Below are positions 9,310 to 19,262 of a stretch of 64,000 nucleotides of DNA, piece after piece. The translations under genes and the position numbers were made by a program. The notes below the pieces were generated by a model, which was not told the DNA's origin, did not search any database, and saw nothing but the letters and a program-made list of their open reading frames with translations. This DNA is from Ligaoa zhengdingensis (lineage in GTDB: Bacteria; Bacillota; Clostridia; Oscillospirales; Ruminococcaceae): contig NZ_JACRST010000001.1 of the NCBI RefSeq assembly GCF_014384885.1, forward strand, positions 397,985 to 461,984, read 5' to 3'. Numbering within the stretch: position 1 is the first letter of the stretch; the number at the start of each line of letters is the position of its first letter.

Positions 9310-10392
9310 TCAGCCGCTCTCGCCTGGGGACTGCGGCGAATTCACGACCCTGATGGCCTGCAGGTCGCTCCCCATCACCAGCCTGCGCAGCAGCGGGGAG
9401 TACAAAACTGGACATTTGAGCACCTTTGCCGCCAACTTCCAGCGCAGTGGACGAATCGCGCGGCGGTAGGCGGCACAGGGGTTGTTCACTCCCCGGTTGA
9501 GCACCCGCCGCAGCGCAAAGGCGCTCTCCATGGCGCTGCTGATCCCCTCCAGCGAGCTGGGGCTCACCAGACCCGCCGCCTCCCCGATTAAGAAAGCCCC
9601 GTCCCGGTCACAGCAAAAATCGCGCAGCCCGCGCGGGCGCAGCACCTGGCAGGCCTCCGTCTTCTGCACCTCGCCGAACTGGAACCCCCACTGTTCCAAC
9701 CGCCTCTTTTGCCGCTCGAACCGCGCGCGGCAATCTTTGGCAGGATAGGCCCCGCCAAAGAGAAACATGCCGTCCTTCGAGAGCGCCCAGGAGTAGCAAT
9801 CGGTGTTTTCGGAATCGAAGATACAGGAATAGAACGGCGAAGGATTCGTGTCCTGGAACCACTGCTGGATGGACAGATAGCTGCGCAGTTTTTTCTGCGG
9901 ATAAAGCCAACCGCGCACCACCGAATGCGCGCCGTCGGCCCCCACCAGATACCGCGCCGACAGGGTTCGCGGGGCATGGCCCGCCGCCTGATAGGTGAGC
10001 TGGTAACAGCCCTTTGCGCGGCGGATCGACAGGACGCGGCTATCCTCTAAAATAGTTACCCCAGCGGGGATCAAGGAGCGCAGCCAGAGGTCAAAGCGGG
10101 CGCGGTCCAGGTTCAGGTAAAACCGCTGATAGTAGCGCGTCAGCCCGCTTTGCAGGTCGATGGTGCGCACCGTAAAAATTTGCGGATCGACCAGTACCTC
10201 CTTGGGCAGCGTCAGGTTGAAGCGGGCGAGCGCCTTCTGCGCATCCGGCGCGAGCAGGCCGCCGCACGGCTTGTGAAAACCCTGCCCGTCCGCGCGCTTG
10301 AGGTCCAAAGCGACCACCGAAAAGCGGCTATCAAGCAGCCGGGCCAGCGTTGCGCCCGCCGGGCCCAAGCCGACGATTGCAATATCGTACAT
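9310..10392 (-). CDS. FAD-dependent oxidoreductase (geranylgeranyl-reductase / FixC-like family)
   Basis: MYDIAIVGLGPAGATLARLL is a GxGxxG FAD-binding Rossmann fold at the N-terminus. The start is taken at ATG 10392 rather than the track start at 10422. Confidence 0.7.
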   Translation of the reverse strand: MYDIAIVGLGPAGATLARLLDSRFSVVALDLKRADGQGFHKPCGGLLAPDAQKALARFNLTLPKEVLVDPQIFTVRTIDLQSGLTRYYQRFYLNLDRARFDLWLRSLIPAGVTILEDSRVLSIRRAKGCYQLTYQAAGHAPRTLSARYLVGADGAHSVVRGWLYPQKKLRSYLSIQQWFQDTNPSPFYSCIFDSENTDCYSWALSKDGMFLFGGAYPAKDCRARFERQKRRLEQWGFQFGEVQKTEACQVLRPRGLRDFCCDRDGAFLIGEAAGLVSPSSLEGISSAMESAFALRRVLNRGVNNPCAAYRRAIRPLRWKLAAKVLKCPVLYSPLLRRLVMGSDLQAIRVVNSPQSPGESG

Positions 10393-10455
10393 TCTTCCCA
10401 ACTCCCGTCGAAAAAGGGCCACCTGACTGCACAGATGGCCCTTGGGGATTTCGCT

Positions 10456-11655
10456 TTATTTGGAAATCAGCTCCACGGTGTCGCGCGCAATCATGATCTC
10501 CTCGTTAGTGGGAAGCACCCACGCCTCCACTTCGGACGAATCGGTGGAGAATTTCGCGTCGTGGCGGGAGACCTCCTTGCAGCGCTCTTTGCAGACCTCC
10601 AGGCCCAAAAATTCCATATCCTTGCAGATATCATAGCGGATCTCGCTGTCGTTCTCGCCGATGCCACCGGTGAATGCAATCGCATCTAGGCCGCCCATCG
10701 CCGCCGCATAGCCGCCGATGAATTTACGAATCTGGTAAACGAACATATCCAGGGCCAGGCGCGCGCGCTCATTGCCCTCGCTCGCGGCCTTTTGCAGGTC
10801 GCGGCAATCGCTGGACACGCCGGAGATGCCCAGGAACCCGGACTTTTTGTTCATCAGCGTGGACATCTCGTCCGGAGTCTTGCCCTCTTTATTGGCGATA
10901 TAGGTCACAACCGAGGGGTCGATGCCGCCGCAGCGGGTGCCCATGATGAAGCCGTCCAACGGGGTGAGACCCATCGAGGTATCCAACACCTTGCCGTCCT
11001 TGACTGCGGTGATCGAGCTGCCGTTGCCGAGGTGGCAGACGATCAGCTTGCTGCCCTCCTTCGCCTTGCCGGTCACTTTAAAGTATTGCGCGCTCACATA
11101 GCGGTGGCTGGTGCCGTGGAAGCCATAGCGGCGGATGGAGTATTTCTCATAATACTCGTAGGGCACACCGAACATATATGCCTTGGGGGGCATCGTCTGA
11201 TGGAACGAGGTGTCGAACACGCCGACCATCGGAGTATCCTTGCCGAATACCTCCTGGCAGGCGCGCATCGCGATGGCTTGCGGCGGGTTGTGCAGGGGGC
11301 CAAGCTCGCGGAACGCCATGATGTCGTCGATCACCTCGTCGGTGATGACGGTGGAGGTTTTATATTTTTCACTGCCGTGCAGCACCCGGTGGCCAACCGC
11401 AGCGATCTCAGACATATCGTCGATCACCTTGCCCTCGCCCTTGGTCAGGACGTCGACCACCTCCATAAACGCCTCCTTGTGCGTGGGGAAGCTCACGTCG
11501 CGCTCCACCGCACGGCCGTCGCTGGTCTTGTGGCCGATGTGGCCGTCGATTCCGATGCGTTCGCAATTCCCCTTCGCCAGGACGCTCTCATCGGTCATAT
11601 CGATGAGCTGATATTTCAGCGACGAGCTTCCTGCATTGATTACCAATACCTTCAT
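10456..11655 (-). CDS. ackA: Acetate kinase
   Basis: MKVLVINAGSSSLKYQL and the conserved HLGNGSS motif. Start taken at ATG 11655 with GAGGAGG upstream. The track start at 11688 adds 11 non-conserved residues. Confidence 0.93.
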   Translation of the reverse strand: MKVLVINAGSSSLKYQLIDMTDESVLAKGNCERIGIDGHIGHKTSDGRAVERDVSFPTHKEAFMEVVDVLTKGEGKVIDDMSEIAAVGHRVLHGSEKYKTSTVITDEVIDDIMAFRELGPLHNPPQAIAMRACQEVFGKDTPMVGVFDTSFHQTMPPKAYMFGVPYEYYEKYSIRRYGFHGTSHRYVSAQYFKVTGKAKEGSKLIVCHLGNGSSITAVKDGKVLDTSMGLTPLDGFIMGTRCGGIDPSVVTYIANKEGKTPDEMSTLMNKKSGFLGISGVSSDCRDLQKAASEGNERARLALDMFVYQIRKFIGGYAAAMGGLDAIAFTGGIGENDSEIRYDICKDMEFLGLEVCKERCKEVSRHDAKFSTDSSEVEAWVLPTNEEIMIARDTVELISK

Positions 11656-11729
11656 TGTTCTATGTTCCTCCTCATCATCGTTTGCCATGCGTTGATATCT
11701 CCGTCCCCCAGGCTTGTCCGGGAGGTGGC

Positions 11730-11757
11730 TTGACAGATCGTCATACCCTTATATATT
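11730..11757 (+). promoter_or_regulatory. σA-type promoter for tmcAL (TTGACA-N16-TATATT)
   Basis: CTTGACAGATCGTCATACCCTTATATATT reads directly in the sequence. Confidence 0.55.
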
Positions 11758-11812
11758 ATTACAAGAGAGACCAAAATGCAAGGCGAAAATACACCGGAAA
11801 GTGGGATCAGAT

Positions 11813-13030
11813 GTGAAAATTGCGGGAATTGTGGCGGAATACAACCCGTTCCACAACGGACATGCCCATCAGATCGACCAAACCAGGGTGGCGGGCGCTT
11901 CCCATATCGTGGCGGTGATGGGCGGCAACTTTTTGCAGAGGGGAGCACCGGCCCAATTTGAAAAGCATGTGCGCGCCGAGGCCGCGCTGCGCTGTGGCGC
12001 GGATCTCGTCCTCGAACTCCCCCTCCCCGCCTCAATGGCCACCGCCGAACGGTTTGCAGCCGGGGCAGTCGGCTTGATGCAGGCGCTCGGCTGCGTCGAT
12101 CTGCTCAGCTTCGGTGCGGAAAGCGCGCTGGAGAAGCTGTTCCCCTTGGTAGACGCGCTGTTGGATGAAGAACTGAACGGCAGGCTACGGGTTCATCTGC
12201 AAACCGGCGTCACCTTTGCCCGCGCGCGGCAGGCGGCGCTCGAACAGCGCTTGGGAGCCGCTCGCGCCGAGCTGCTGCGCCACCCCAACAACATCCTCGG
12301 GGTGGAATACCTCAAGGCCGCCCGGCGGCTGGGCTTCGCGCCCGAACTGTTGGCCGTGCCCCGCCGGGGCGCCGCCCACGACAGCACACGGGCCAGCGGT
12401 CGCTTTGCCTCCGCGTCGCTGTTGCGGGAGAGCATGGGCGCGCAGGGCCTCGGCGCGCTGCGGCCCTATCTGCCTCCCGCCGCGTGGGAGACCTACGGGC
12501 GCGCCCTGGACGCGCGGCTGATCCCCGCCGATCCGTCGAAAGCGGAGGCCGCTATTCTGGCGGTGCTGCGCCGGCTGAACGAGCAGGAGCTCGCCGAGCT
12601 GCCCGACCTCTCGGAGGGGCTGGAACACCGGTTGTCCGCCGCGATCCAGCAGGCGCGCTCGCTCGATGAGCTGTACGCCGCTGTCAAAAGCAAGCGTTAT
12701 CCCCTCGCCCGCATCCGGCGGCTGGTGCTGTCGGCTTATCTGGGGCTCACGCGCGCGGATGCGGAAACCCCGCCGCCCTATCTGCGGGTGCTGGGCTTCA
12801 ACCGGCGCGGGGCGGAGGTGCTGAACCGCGCCAAGCAAACAGCGCGGCTGCCGCTCTCCTCTTCCCTGGCGAAGCTGGAACGGATGGGGGGCGATTGCGC
12901 ACGGTTTGCCTGCCTGGAGGCGCGCTCCACCGACCTTTACGTCCTGACCCTGCCCGGTGTCCTCCCCTGCGGATACGACTACACCTGCCCGCCGGTTCTG
13001 TTGAAAGAAACAATCCCCCACCCTCGGTGA
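11813..13030 (+). CDS. tmcAL: tRNA(Met) cytidine acetate ligase (YlbM/TmcAL, UPF0348/DUF795 nucleotidyltransferase)
   Basis: With a GTG start the product reads MKIAGIVAEYNPFHNGHAHQI, matching the YlbM N-terminus (MK..G.V.EYNPFHNGH). The GTG start sits downstream of the promoter. The track's TTG at 11714 would begin upstream of the −35 element. Confidence 0.75.
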   Translation: MKIAGIVAEYNPFHNGHAHQIDQTRVAGASHIVAVMGGNFLQRGAPAQFEKHVRAEAALRCGADLVLELPLPASMATAERFAAGAVGLMQALGCVDLLSFGAESALEKLFPLVDALLDEELNGRLRVHLQTGVTFARARQAALEQRLGAARAELLRHPNNILGVEYLKAARRLGFAPELLAVPRRGAAHDSTRASGRFASASLLRESMGAQGLGALRPYLPPAAWETYGRALDARLIPADPSKAEAAILAVLRRLNEQELAELPDLSEGLEHRLSAAIQQARSLDELYAAVKSKRYPLARIRRLVLSAYLGLTRADAETPPPYLRVLGFNRRGAEVLNRAKQTARLPLSSSLAKLERMGGDCARFACLEARSTDLYVLTLPGVLPCGYDYTCPPVLLKETIPHPR

Positions 13031-13052
13031 AAAGCCGAAGGCGGGGGATTTT

Positions 13053-14003
13053 TTATGCAAATATGCCGTAGACAAAATAGGTGGTGATGCCTTCGTCGTA
13101 GATCGGGTTGCCCATTGCGTGCGGCAGCTTTTCCGCCGAGCTCGAATGGTCCAGCCGCACCACGTCGCCGTTCCCCTGCGCCGCGCACAAAAAGGTGGTC
13201 ACAGCCTGCGGCGAGTCGATGTTGGCGTCGCCAAAGGTGAGCAGACGTTCAAAATCCCGGCTCTCGATGGCGGCGGCGGTCTCCCCGTCCCGCCGCGCGG
13301 CCTCGTCGGGCATCAAATAGTGGGAACAGTCGGCGGAGGCCACCAACAGCGTCCGCCCGTTTTCCTGCTGCTCCAACAGCACCCGCTGCACCTGTGCGAG
13401 CCGCTCGCGGGAGAGCCGGTTGGAGAGCAGACAGACCGCCAGCTTCGCCTCAGGCAGATAGCGCCGCACAAATGGCACCAGCCCAGCCGCCCCGTGATCG
13501 GACTCCACTGCGTCCCGATTGTCCTCGGCCGCGATCACGGCGTCCTGCAGCAGCGCGTCCGCAACGCTCCGGTCGGTGGCGAGCGAGCCATAGGGGGTGT
13601 TCCAGTCGGCGGTTGCTGTCACCACGTCGCTGCCGCAATTTTCGGGGAAGTGCGAAGGGGACACCAGGATCACCGTATCATACGGCTGCTCCTGCGCGGC
13701 TGCGAGCGAGAAGAAGCCCGCGATCATGTCCGCCGCCACCAGGTGGTGGGGCACCATCCCCGCTGTCAAGCGTCCTGCCCCCGTGTAGGCCCGCGGGGCG
13801 GCCATCGCCGCCTCGCAGGTTTCGCGCTCGTAATAGCGGCACTCCATCGGCTTCTGTGCAGGCGACTCGGACGCCGCGCTACCTTCGGAAGCGGACTCCA
13901 CCTGCGGCGGCAAGACCTCCCCGGGAATCGCAGCCTGCGCGCCGCAGCCGCTGAAGGATATCGACAGGGCGACGAGCAATGCCAAGGCTTTGCGCCGGTT
14001 CAT
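13053..14003 (-). CDS. Memo1/AmmeMemoRadiSam-system-protein-B family protein with lipoprotein signal peptide
   Basis: Starts MNRRKALALLVALSISFSGCGA (lipobox). Memo-family motifs are GMVPHHLVA, VILVSPSHF, ESDHGAAGLVPFV and LLVASADCSHY. The ATG at 14001-14003 overlaps the TGA of the upstream A2M gene (ATGA). Confidence 0.75.
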   Translation of the reverse strand: MNRRKALALLVALSISFSGCGAQAAIPGEVLPPQVESASEGSAASESPAQKPMECRYYERETCEAAMAAPRAYTGAGRLTAGMVPHHLVAADMIAGFFSLAAAQEQPYDTVILVSPSHFPENCGSDVVTATADWNTPYGSLATDRSVADALLQDAVIAAEDNRDAVESDHGAAGLVPFVRRYLPEAKLAVCLLSNRLSRERLAQVQRVLLEQQENGRTLLVASADCSHYLMPDEAARRDGETAAAIESRDFERLLTFGDANIDSPQAVTTFLCAAQGNGDVVRLDHSSSAEKLPHAMGNPIYDEGITTYFVYGIFA

Positions 14004-17000
14004 GAGAGCTTCACCTCGGCGCGGTCGGTCGCGCCCCACAGGTCGCTGGATGCGCTGCTGATGTAGGCGCTCTCCACCACATAGTCGCCCGGCGCGGCAC
14101 AGCGCGCATAGTAGATGATCGGCGTCAGTGCGCCGTGATCCCCCCAGGCGGAAAAGCGAAGCCGCTGCCCCTGCCGGCTGGCCAGATACCAACTGTTCCC
14201 CTGAACTGCGTCCTCGTAGTGATACCGCTCAAACCGCATCCCGGATGGGATGTAGTCGTCGATCACCAGTTCGGTGGAACCGAGATCCTGATCGAAGACC
14301 GAAAGGTCGGGGGTCAGGGTGATCTTCACCAGCTTGCCGCGTGAGAAGTCCCCCTCCACCGGTTCGATCGTCTTGGTGAGGCCGATGGTCTTGCGTGACT
14401 GGTCGGCGGTCTGATCGGGCGCGCCGGTATAATAGACATCGGCCCACACGTCGCCAGAAAGCACCTTGAAATTGGCGGTGGCGAGCTGAGTTTTGGAGAA
14501 GCTCAGGTAGCAGATGCCTTCCTTCAGCTCCTCGGTGATGGTCTTGCCGCCCATCACATAGCTGAACTTCGCGTTGGTGCCCTTTTCCGGCTGGACGCGG
14601 GTCAGATAGATCATCAGCTCCAACGGATAGGTTTCGTAAAACGACTGCTTTTCCAACAGCGCATTGGCCAGGCCTTTGGCCTCCTCGGTGTTGAGCACCG
14701 AGGCCAGCAGCGAAGCCGCCGCGGTGCAGTCGTGCTGTGAACGCGAGGGATCTACAGAATCCCGCACGCGGTAGGCGATTTCCCCGGAAATGCCGGTGAG
14801 GGTCTCCAGGTTGGGCCGCACCAAGCTGTTGTAACAGGTGAGCGCCGCCTTCTGATCGTCGGAAACCGCCAACGTTGCGGCGAGGTACATCTTATCCACA
14901 TAATCGAGGGTGGTGTCGCTGTCGATCCTCTGCGCCAGATCGTCCGGGAGCTCGCCGCCCACCGACGCCTGCAACAGATAGAACGCCGATTTCGCCCCGC
15001 TCATGGCATCCACATCAGCTGGCGTAATCGAGCCGCGAATTCGCTCGGGCGGGAACAGCTCGGGAGCCGCCAGGTACGCCTTGGCGGTGTACTCGATATC
15101 ATACTCGGAATAAGGGAAGAGGCTGATCGCTCCGCTCTGATTCATCACATCCGAGAAGGACTGCTGGAGCGCCTCTTCGTCGTACCACTGCGCGCCCTGC
15201 CGCTCAAACTCCCGCGCGGCATAGGTGCGGGCGATGCGTAGGTCGGTGCGGTTCCCATAGCCCGAGCAGAGCAGATGGTTGAGAATCCGGCTGCGGAACT
15301 GCTGGGTCCTGTCGTAGACAGCGACATTGACCGGGTAGCGCAGCGGCTCGATCGAGATGCCGTTCTTCAGCTCCACCGTCTTGACCAGCGACACCTCCAC
15401 GCCGGAACCAATCACCGAGAATGGCAAGCGCACGCTGTCGCTGTATTGCCCGCAGCTTCCGGTGATGGTCATAGTGTACTCGCCCCTGTCCAGATTTTCA
15501 AACGTGGCAACACCGTACCCCTTTGCGGTCGAGGACGCCTCCACGACCTTGTCAATACCGCCGCCCTGCACCCGCACCGTGTAGCGCACCGGGTCGTTGT
15601 CGCCGATGGCCACACCTGCGCTGCGCAGCATCACAGCAAAGGTGTCGCCCTCCAAAATGGTCTCGTTTACGATCGGCAGGACGAAATATTCCTGTGTGGC
15701 CTTCACCTTGGTGGTCACGCTGCCCGCCTGTCCCTGCGGGGTGAGCGCCAGCGAGGTCATCCGCCACTCGGTGATGTTGTCGGGCAGCTTGAACTGACAC
15801 TTCGCCCGGCCGTCCCCGTCGGTTTTGAGCACCTGGAACCAGGCGGTATCTTTAAAATCGGTGCGCACGTCCGCTTCGCCGCCTCCGCCTCCCTTTTCGC
15901 CGCCGCCTCCGTATTCATTCTGCAGATAGGAGGTGTATTTGATGAGATTCGGGTGATAGACGCTTTCATAGAGGCTGTCGAGGATATCGATCTGCTGTTC
16001 CTTAATGGCAAAGATCGCCTCGTCCACCACTGCAAGCACCACCGATGCGTTTTTCACCGGCTGCCCGGTGGCCTTCTGCTTCACCGTAGCGGTGACCGTC
16101 GCGGTGTCCGCCGGGTGATAGGATTCCCGGTCCGCGGTGAGCTCCACCTCCAGCTCGCGCTGTTTGGGGTCGAAATACATATACTTGTTGTCCAGCGCGT
16201 AGACATGCTTGCCGTCGAAGTAGGCGCCGGTGATCACATAGTTGGGCAACAGCCCTTCCTCAAACGGCAGGGTGAACCGCGCGTCTGAGATCACCGCCGT
16301 CCGGCTGAATCCATCCTGTACCACGCTGTAGAGGATGCGCCCGGTAAAGCCGGCCACCGCGGCGGTGTTGTCCTCCAACTGGAAGGTGACCGCTTCCTCA
16401 TCCATAAACTGCGACCGGATCTGGTTCAGCCTCCACGTGGCCTCATCCCCACCCAGATCGTTCAGGTCGGCTGCGTTGGGATCGACCACTTTGTTGAGCA
16501 CATATTGGTGGATACCATCGTTCTGCCCGCGCTCATAGAGCATCCCCAGGTAGGCGGTGGTTTCCACTGTCCGCTCCCCGGTATCCGGGGTGCGCAGCAC
16601 CACGTAATAGCAGTTGTCGTTATCCGACTGCGGCAGGCCGGTCAGGACGGCCATCCCGTCCGCGCCGGTGGTGACGGTGCGCGTTTCCACCACGTCGTCG
16701 TGTTCCTTGTAGTCATAGGATTCCCTGGATTCCCGGCTGACAAAGTCGTAATACCAGCCGAGCGTCTCGCGGGTGTAGTACACCTTGTGAATCTCAGCTG
16801 TGACCGTGCGCGAAATGGGGGCGCCCCGCAGTGTCTCCACATTCCACAGGTCCTCCTCCCCATCCACGCGGGACAGGTCGACCTGATAGGTAGAAATCTG
16901 GACATCCCGGCCGCCGCCCTCGGCCTTGACCGTCTCAGCCAGGAGCTGAACGTCGCGGTGCACCGCATAGACGTTTCCATAGCGGTAAAAATTCTCCGAC

Positions 17001-18968
17001 TCCGCATCGCTGTTGGAAAACTGGTAGCGGTAGGACTGCGGATACCAGGTGTTCGGGCTCTCAGTAAACCGCGCCGTCACGCTGGCGTGACCCTGTTCAT
17101 CGGTGACCACCTGGGCGCCGCTGAGCTCGAGCCCTGAGCTCCAGGTGCTCGCCTGGGCGGAGAAGGAGGACGCCGGGGTGCCGTCGTAAAGCGACACATC
17201 GAAGTTGATGACCGCCTGCCCGGTTTCATACGCCGCGTAGACCATCTGTTCGGTCGCGGTAGTCGCGGTATAGATCGGCTTGACGAAGTCCTCCACGCGC
17301 AGATATTCCGTGCGCAAGGTGGTTTCCCCGGCCTTCAGCTCGAGGGAGGCCCAGTAGTTCTGCTGCATATTTTCAAATTTGAGTTCGCCGGTGAAGGTGC
17401 CGTCGCTTTGCAGCGGCAGTTCGACACTCGCTACGCCGCCCTCCAGCTCGATAGTCACAGTTTCAGGCGCGGGCGTCTCCGGGCTGCGCGGCATCACCGT
17501 GCCCCAGACCATAATGCTATCGGAGGTGTGATAGATCGGCCGGTCGGTAAACAGGTAGGACATATATTTGTGCGCATCCAACGCCGCCGGTTCGTCGTAG
17601 CTGTAAAAATACCCCACATCCACGAAGGTGTGCTCCTCGCTGGTGACGGTGACCGCACCGCCGCCAGCCTCCGATGGAGTGTCTGTGGTAAACAGGCCGT
17701 TTTCGATCATCACCGTGCCGTCTGCGGCGGTCTGGCCCTTAGCGCGGAACGCGCCGGTGATCTCGATCACCGCGCCCTCGACCGGGTTTCCGGTGGAGGC
17801 GTCGTTCACCCATCCCAAGAGGGTTTCGCCGTTCATCATGTAGAACACCGATAGATCGCTCACCTGCAAAAACATCTGTCGCTTGAGGGTATTGCCCCCG
17901 GTGGTGAGCTCAAATTCCACCGCGTACCATCCCTCGGGCAACGCCTCGGGGAACTGGAGCAGCTTGCGCCCCGCATAGCGGTAATTGTTCTCCTGGCCCT
18001 GCGCCGAATCGATCGGCTGCACTTCAAACGAGGCGCGCTGCTGCAGGCCCTCGGTGTCGATGGTGGTGGTGACATATTTGTAGCGCGGCTGCCGCACATT
18101 TTGCAGGAGCTGCTCGCGGTATGCTTTGAAACCGCCGAAGTCGTACACCGTCACCTGCACCTTGCGTTCGCTTTGCGGAACCGATTCCTCTATGTACACC
18201 GGAACCAGCGGCGTTTCGCTGGTCAACGAATTCATGCTGACCCCGTTGCCGGAGAGCTGGAACAGGTATCGCGTCTCCTCGTCCTCCTGGCTCGCCGTGA
18301 CAAACGAGAAGGTGACCGGCTGCTCGAGTTTTGCCCCGCTCTTTGATTCCAGCGAAGTATCCACCGTCACCGTATAGCGGGTGTTCGGCTCCAACGCGCC
18401 CTGCGGATAAAACACAAAGCGCCGGTCGCCGGCGGAGAAATCGCCCTCGACTGCGGGCTCAATGGAAAATGCCTGCCGGTAGCGTTCCAGGTCGATGTCG
18501 CTGCTGTTGAACTCCAGTTCAATACCCGTACTGGTGGGCACCTTCTGCCCATTGTCCGCCGGGAATACCGACCGCAGGACCAACGCATTGCGCACATGAA
18601 ATGCAAACTTTTTCCCCAGCGCCGTAATGGTGTAGTTTTCCCCTGCAAACAGCGGCTGGAATGGCTGCAAGGTGAAGGTATCGCCCTGTTCGCCGGTCAG
18701 ATCGAACGAAAACGCCGGTTCAACTGTGATCTGCTCGCGCAGCTCCTCCGCTGTGGTGGTTCCATTGACGGTGATAGCAAACGCTCCGTCCGGCGCGACG
18801 CCCTCCTCGGTGGCGCCGATCGCCTTCATCTGTACATCCCGCACCGAGCGCAGGCAGATGACAACTACAGCGGCTACCAACAGCAAAAGCGCGCCCGAGC
18901 AGAGGCCCCAAAAAAGTTTGCTGGTTTTATATTTATCCCAAAATCCTCTCATTTCCATACCATCTCCT
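14000..18968 (-). CDS. Alpha-2-macroglobulin family protein (bacterial A2M-like, membrane-anchored, 1655 aa)
   Basis: It has the hallmark A2M motif KLPDNITEWRMTSLALT, repeated MG-like β-sandwich segments, an N-terminal TM anchor and a Gly-rich hinge GGGGEKGGGGGE. No CxEQ thioester was found by eye. The start is taken at MEMRGFW (ATG 18968) with AAAGGAGA 5 nt upstream. Confidence 0.85.
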
Positions 18969-19262
18969 TTCTCAGGTAAATCACCTGATGTTATCAGTAT
19001 ATGGCAATTGAGGTTATTTTTCAATCATTTCGTGCGATTGTCCCCTGTTTGGTCAATCATTTTTTGCATTTTAGGGCGGAGTTCCCTATTATTTTTTGTT
19101 TAATATAGATAAAGTTTCACACAAATTTTTCATCACAAAAAGTGCCGATTTTTCTTCCAACATTTCAGCGGTTGTCTCACGTCCAATCCTCTGTTAACAT
19201 TTTATTCACCATCCTGGTACCAGCATTCTTCCCTACAAAATACTGTAAATGAGGTTATTTCT

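Noticed and set aside
14128-18979. Multiple 60-340 aa ORFs on the + strand inside the A2M gene (e.g. 15275..16288, 16505..17137, 17408..17854)
   Set aside because: They are GC-driven antisense open frames within a gene whose product has unmistakable A2M motifs. They have no starts with an RBS.
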